9,385 nucleotides of DNA. Source: a virus (Duplodnaviria; Heunggongvirae; Uroviricota; Caudoviricetes). The notes beneath the pieces were generated by a model that was not told the DNA's origin, did no database searches, and saw nothing but the letters and a program-made list of their open reading frames with translations. Location: the IMG/VR virus record IMGVR_UViG_2690316099_000013. The stretch is one strand, 5' to 3'. Position numbers and translations under genes: made by a program. Shown here piece by piece: positions 6,242-9,385 of this stretch (the first letter of the stretch is position 1; each line of letters starts with the position of its first letter).

Positions 6242-6812
6242 AATGTGAGAAATAAAAAACCGGTCACAGGGAGCAGCTACACAGAAGCGGCCGGCGAAGA
6301 CCGCCAATACCACCCATGCATTGATGCAACATACTAATGACAATAGCCGCTATTGATGTAAATGCAATGTTATGCATCGACGAAAATAAAAAACCNNNNN
6401 NNNNNNNNNNNNNNNNNNNNNNNNNNNNNNNNNNNNNNNNNNNNNNNNNNNNNNNNNNNNNNNNNNNNNNNNNNNNNNNNNNNNNNNNNNNNNNNNNNNN
6501 NNNNNNNNNNNNNNNNNNNNNNNNNNNNNNNNNNNNNNNNNNNNNNNNNNNNNNNNNNNNNNNNNNNNNNNNNNNNNNNNNNNNNNNNNNNNNNNNNNNN
6601 NNNNNNNNNNNNNNNNNNNNNNNNNNNNNNNNNNNNNNNNNNNNNNNNNNNNNNNNNNNNNNNNNNNNNNNNNNNNNNNNNNNNNNNNNNNNNNNNNNNN
6701 NNNNNNNNNNNNNNNNNNNNNNNNNNNNNNNNNNNNNNNNNNNNNNNNNNNNNNNNNNNNNNNNNNNNNNNNNNNNNNNNNNNNNNNNNNNNNNNNNNNN
6801 NNNNNNNNNNNN

Positions 6813-7037
6813 ATTTTTTGAAAATCTTACATTTACAACCTTACCCTGTCCTTTTATTAAAACCGTATTATCGTTTTCAAGAACAAGATGAATATTCTCT
6901 GTGGCTAAATAGTAAATGTAATGTGAGACATTGTGACGTTTTAGTTCAGAATAAAACCAGTGATAGTTTAAATTATTTCGCACTTTATCGAATATTTGTT
7001 TAAAAATGGCAACCTGAGCCATTGTAGTACCTTCCAT
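6813..7037 (-). CDS. AT-rich hypothetical protein, N-terminal 75 codons only (rest lost in the 417-nt N-gap)
   Basis: Minus-strand ORF beginning [37 protein letters not shown]... The second ATG (minus-strand codon at 7022-7020) has a good Shine-Dalgarno (GGAAGG, 7-nt spacer) and is the more likely start. Low GC relative to flanking DNA, with AUA, AGA and CGA codons present. It lies 57 nt downstream of the RHH gene on the same strand. Confidence 0.5.
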
Positions 7038-7079
7038 GTGATATGAGGGGGCGTAGTCTGCACGATTATCTAAATTGCT

Positions 7080-7313
7080 TCAATCTGGTCTAACCTGTTT
7101 TCTGAGCAATTCAGTAATGTCACTCTTTTCTTTGTTTGCTTCAGGCGAAACTCTTTTTTCTGAGCACAGTCTCCGGCGGCAGGCTTCAATGACCCAGGCT
7201 GAGAAATTCCCGGACCCTTTTTGAACAAGAGCGATGTTAATTTGTTCAATCATTTGGTTAGGAAAGCGGATGTTGCGGGTTGTTGTTCTGCGGGTTCTGT
7301 TCTTCGTTGACAT
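7080..7313 (-). CDS. Ribbon-helix-helix (Arc/MetJ/CopG-type) DNA-binding protein, 77 aa
   Basis: The segment RNIRFPNQMIEQINIALVQKGSGNFSAWVIEACRRRL fits the RHH strand-helix-G-helix pattern, compared with P22 Arc/Mnt and TraY from memory. Basic N-terminal tail; 6 of its Arg codons are AGA. Start ATG on the minus strand at 7313-7311; stop at 7082-7080. Confidence 0.6.
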   Translation of the reverse strand: MSTKNRTRRTTTRNIRFPNQMIEQINIALVQKGSGNFSAWVIEACRRRLCSEKRVSPEANKEKSDITELLRKQVRPD

Positions 7314-7317
7314 GAGG

Positions 7318-7363
7318 TTGCCCTGTATTCAGTGTCGCTGATTTGTATTGTCTGAAGTTGTTT
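7318..7363. repeat. 46-bp exact direct repeat, copy 1, abutting the N-gap
   Basis: TTGCCCTGTATTCAGTGTCGCTGATTTGTATTGTCTGAAGTTGTTT is identical to 7469-7514 on the other side of the 105-nt gap. Confidence 0.9.
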
Positions 7364-7468
7364 NNNNNNNNNNNNNNNNNNNNNNNNNNNNNNNNNNNNN
7401 NNNNNNNNNNNNNNNNNNNNNNNNNNNNNNNNNNNNNNNNNNNNNNNNNNNNNNNNNNNNNNNNNNNN

Positions 7469-7514
7469 TTGCCCTGTATTCAGTGTCGCTGATTTGTATT
7501 GTCTGAAGTTGTTT
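7469..7514. repeat. 46-bp exact direct repeat, copy 2, abutting the N-gap
   Basis: Identical to 7318-7363. The sequence continues into lambda-like right-end DNA (TTACGTTAAGTTGATGCAGATC...). Confidence 0.9.
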
Positions 7515-7629
7515 TTACGTTAAGTTGATGCAGATCAATTAATACGATACCTGCGTCATAATTGATTATTTGACGTGGTTTGATGGCGTAGATGCACGTT
7601 GTGACATGTAGATGATAATTATTATCATT

Positions 7630-7852
7630 TTGCGGGTCCTTTCCGGCGATCCGACAGGTTACGGGGCGGAAGGCGCGCGGGTTTTCGCTATTTATGAAAA
7701 TTTTCCGGTTTAAGGCGTTTCCGTTCTTCTTCTCCGTAACTTCATGTTTTTATTTAAAACACCCCCTGAAAAGAAAGGAAACGACAGGTGCTGAAAGCGA
7801 GCTTTTTGGCCTCTGTCGTTTCCTTTCTCTGTTTTTGTCCGTGGAATGAACA
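7630..7852 (+). other. cos: cos site (cosQ-cosN-cosB) of a lambda-type packaging module
   Basis: The sequence ...CCGACAGGTTACG | GGGCGGAAGGCG | CGCGGGTTTTCGCTATTTATGAAAATTTTCCGGTTTAAGGCGTTTCCGTTCTTC... aligns with the lambda right-end / left-end junction as I recall it. cosN cohesive-end positions are 7664-7675, and the cosB R-sites and IHF region extend to the Nu1 start. Confidence 0.85.
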
Positions 7853-8392
7853 ATGGAAGTCAACAAAAAGCAGCTGGCTGACATTTTCGGTGCGAGTATC
7901 CGTACCATTCAGAACTGGCAGGAACAGGGAATGCCCGTTCTGCGAGGCGGTGGCAAGGGTAATGAGGTGCTTTATGACTCTGCCGCCGTCATAAAATGGT
8001 ATGCCGAAAGGGATGCTGAAATTGAGAACGAAAAGCTGCGCCGGGAAGTTGAAGAACTGCGGCAGGCCAGCGAGACAGATCTCCAGCCAGGGACTATTGA
8101 GTACGAACGCCATCGACTTACGCGTGCGCAGGCCGACGCACAGGANAATGCCAGAGACTCCGCTGAAGTGGTGGAAACCGCATTCTGTACTTTCGTGCTG
8201 TCGCGGATCGCAGGTGAAATTGCCAGTATTCTCGACGGGATCCCCCTGTCGGTGCAGCGGCGTTTTCCGGAACTGGAAAACCGACATGTTGATTTCCTGA
8301 AACGGGATATCATCAAAGCCATGAACAAAGCAGCCGCGCTGGATGAACTGATACCGGGGTTGCTGAGTGAATATATCGAACAGTCAGGTTAA
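7853..8392 (+). CDS. nu1: Terminase small subunit gpNu1
   Basis: ATG 7853, TAA 8390-8392. The translation [74 protein letters not shown]...[14 protein letters not shown] matches lambda Nu1 almost residue for residue from memory. An N at 8146 coincides with an apparent in-frame loss of about 2 codons. Confidence 0.95.
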   Translation: MEVNKKQLADIFGASIRTIQNWQEQGMPVLRGGGKGNEVLYDSAAVIKWYAERDAEIENEKLRREVEELRQASETDLQPGTIEYERHRLTRAQADAQXNARDSAEVVETAFCTFVLSRIAGEIASILDGIPLSVQRRFPELENRHVDFLKRDIIKAMNKAAALDELIPGLLSEYIEQSG

Positions 8393-9385
8393 CAGGCTGC
8401 GGCATTTTGTCCGCGCCGGGCTTCGCTCACTGTTCAGGCCGGAGCCACAGACCGCCGTTGAATGGGCGGATGCTAATTACTATCTCCCGAAAGAATCCGC
8501 ATACCAGGAAGGGCGCTGGGAAACACTGCCCTTTCAGCGGGCCATCATGAATGCGATGGGCAGCGACTACATCCGTGAGGTGAATGTGGTGAAGTCTGCC
8601 CGTGTCGGTTATTCCAAAATGCTGCTGGGTGTTTATGCCTACTTTATAGAGCATAAGCAGCGCAACACNNNNNNNNNNNNNNNNNNNNNNNNNNNNNNNN
8701 NNNNNNNNNNNNNNNNNNNNNNNNNNNNNNNNNNNNNNNNNCCGTGGTATGGCAAAAAGCACCGGGATAACACGCTCACCATGAAGCGTTTCACTAATGG
8801 TCGTGGCTTCTGGTGCCTGGGCGGTAAAGCGGCAAAAAACTACCGTGAAAAGTCGGTGGATGTGGCGGGTTATGATGAACTTGCTGCTTTTGATGATGAT
8901 ATTGAACAGGAAGGCTCTCCGACGTTCCTGGGTGACAAGCGTATTGAAGGCTCGGTCTGGCCAAAGTCCATCCGTGGCTCCACGCCCAAAGTGAGAGGCA
9001 CCTGCCAGATTGAGCGTGCAGCCAGTGAATCCCCGCATTTTATGCGTTTTCATGTTGCCTGCCCGCACTGCGGGGAGGAGCAGTACCTTAAATTTGGCGA
9101 TAAAGAGACGCCGTTTGGCCTCAAATGGACGCCGGATGACCCCTCCAGCGTGTTTTATCTCTGCGAGCATAATGCCTGCGTCATCCGCCAGCAGGAGCTG
9201 GACTTTACTGATGCCCGTTATATCTGCGAAAAGACCGGGATCTGGACCCGTGATGGCATTCTCTGGTTTTCGTCATCCGGTGAAGAGATTGAGCCACCTG
9301 ACAGTGTGACCTTTCACATCTGGACAGCGTACAGCCCGTTCACCACCTGGGTGCAGATTGTCAAAGACTGGATGAAAACGAAAGG
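8367..9385 (+). CDS. A: Terminase large subunit gpA, 5' portion (continues beyond the window)
   Basis: GTG 8367 overlaps the Nu1 3' end in the +1 frame. The translation [100 protein letters not shown]... matches lambda gpA from memory. The frame stays open across the 8669-8741 gap to 9385. It is absent from the ORF track only because no stop lies within the window. Confidence 0.95.
   Translation, partial: MNISNSQVNRLRHFVRAGLRSLFRPEPQTAVEWADANYYLPKESAYQEGRWETLPFQRAIMNAMGSDYIREVNVVKSARVGYSKMLLGVYAYFIEHKQRNXXXXXXXXXXXXXXXXXXXXXXXXXPWYGKKHRDNTLTMKRFTNGRGFWCLGGKAAKNYREKSVDVAGYDELAAFDDDIEQEGSPTFLGDKRIEGSVWPKSIRGSTPKVRGTCQIERAASESPHFMRFHVACPHCGEEQYLKFGDKETPFGLKWTPDDPSSVFYLCEHNACVIRQQELDFTDARYICEKTGIWTRDGILWFSSSGEEIEPPDSVTFHIWTAYSPFTTWVQIVKDWMKTK

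Noticed and set aside
6264-7037. 257-aa minus-strand ORF from the ORF track treated as one protein
   Set aside because: It spans the 417-nt N-gap, so frame continuity across N runs is meaningless. Only the N-terminal 75 codons (6813-7037) are supported, and the post-gap segment (6264-6395) cannot be assigned to the same gene.
7754-8328. Minus-strand ORFs 7754..8287 and 7972..8328 and + ORF 8001..8300
   Set aside because: They overlap Nu1, whose + strand frame matches lambda gpNu1, and are out-of-frame or antisense shadows.
8427-9170. Minus-strand 247-aa ORF inside the terminase region
   Set aside because: It is antisense to gpA, whose + strand translation matches lambda terminase large subunit, and it crosses an N-gap.
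1-9385. CRISPR arrays, IS elements, transposases, integrase or attachment sites
   Set aside because: No repeat-spacer periodicity, terminal inverted repeats or transposase/integrase-like translations were found. The only exact repeat is the 46-bp gap-flanking duplication, which is best explained as an assembly artefact.

Overview
This window is the late-gene region of a mosaic lambdoid prophage or phage genome with Stx-phage-like architecture but no stx genes. It is interrupted by N-gaps at 2560-2632, 3298-3308, 5032-5482, 5605-5727, 6396-6812, 7364-7468, 8146 and 8669-8741. Order on the + strand: a Q-like antiterminator ORF (called by position), a PR'-like promoter and tR' terminator, a small wHTH-like ORF, a beta-class DNA methyltransferase, and three tRNAs (Ile2-CAU, Arg-UCG, Arg-UCU). 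The slot where stxAB sits in Stx phages follows and holds uncharacterised cargo: an AT-rich, rare-codon-rich orphan ORF, a TerB-like protein, and two paralogous small hydrophobic peptide genes. Next come a non-lambda lysis cassette (two multi-TM holin-like proteins, an endolysin truncated by a gap, a spanin-like fragment) and a hypothetical ORF split at an A7 homopolymer. A minus-strand AT-rich moron (RHH regulator plus unknown gene) lies just before cos, followed by terminase Nu1 and A, which match phage lambda as I recall it. No integrase, IS element or CRISPR array was seen. All homology statements come from reading the sequence and from memory of reference sequences; no searches were run.
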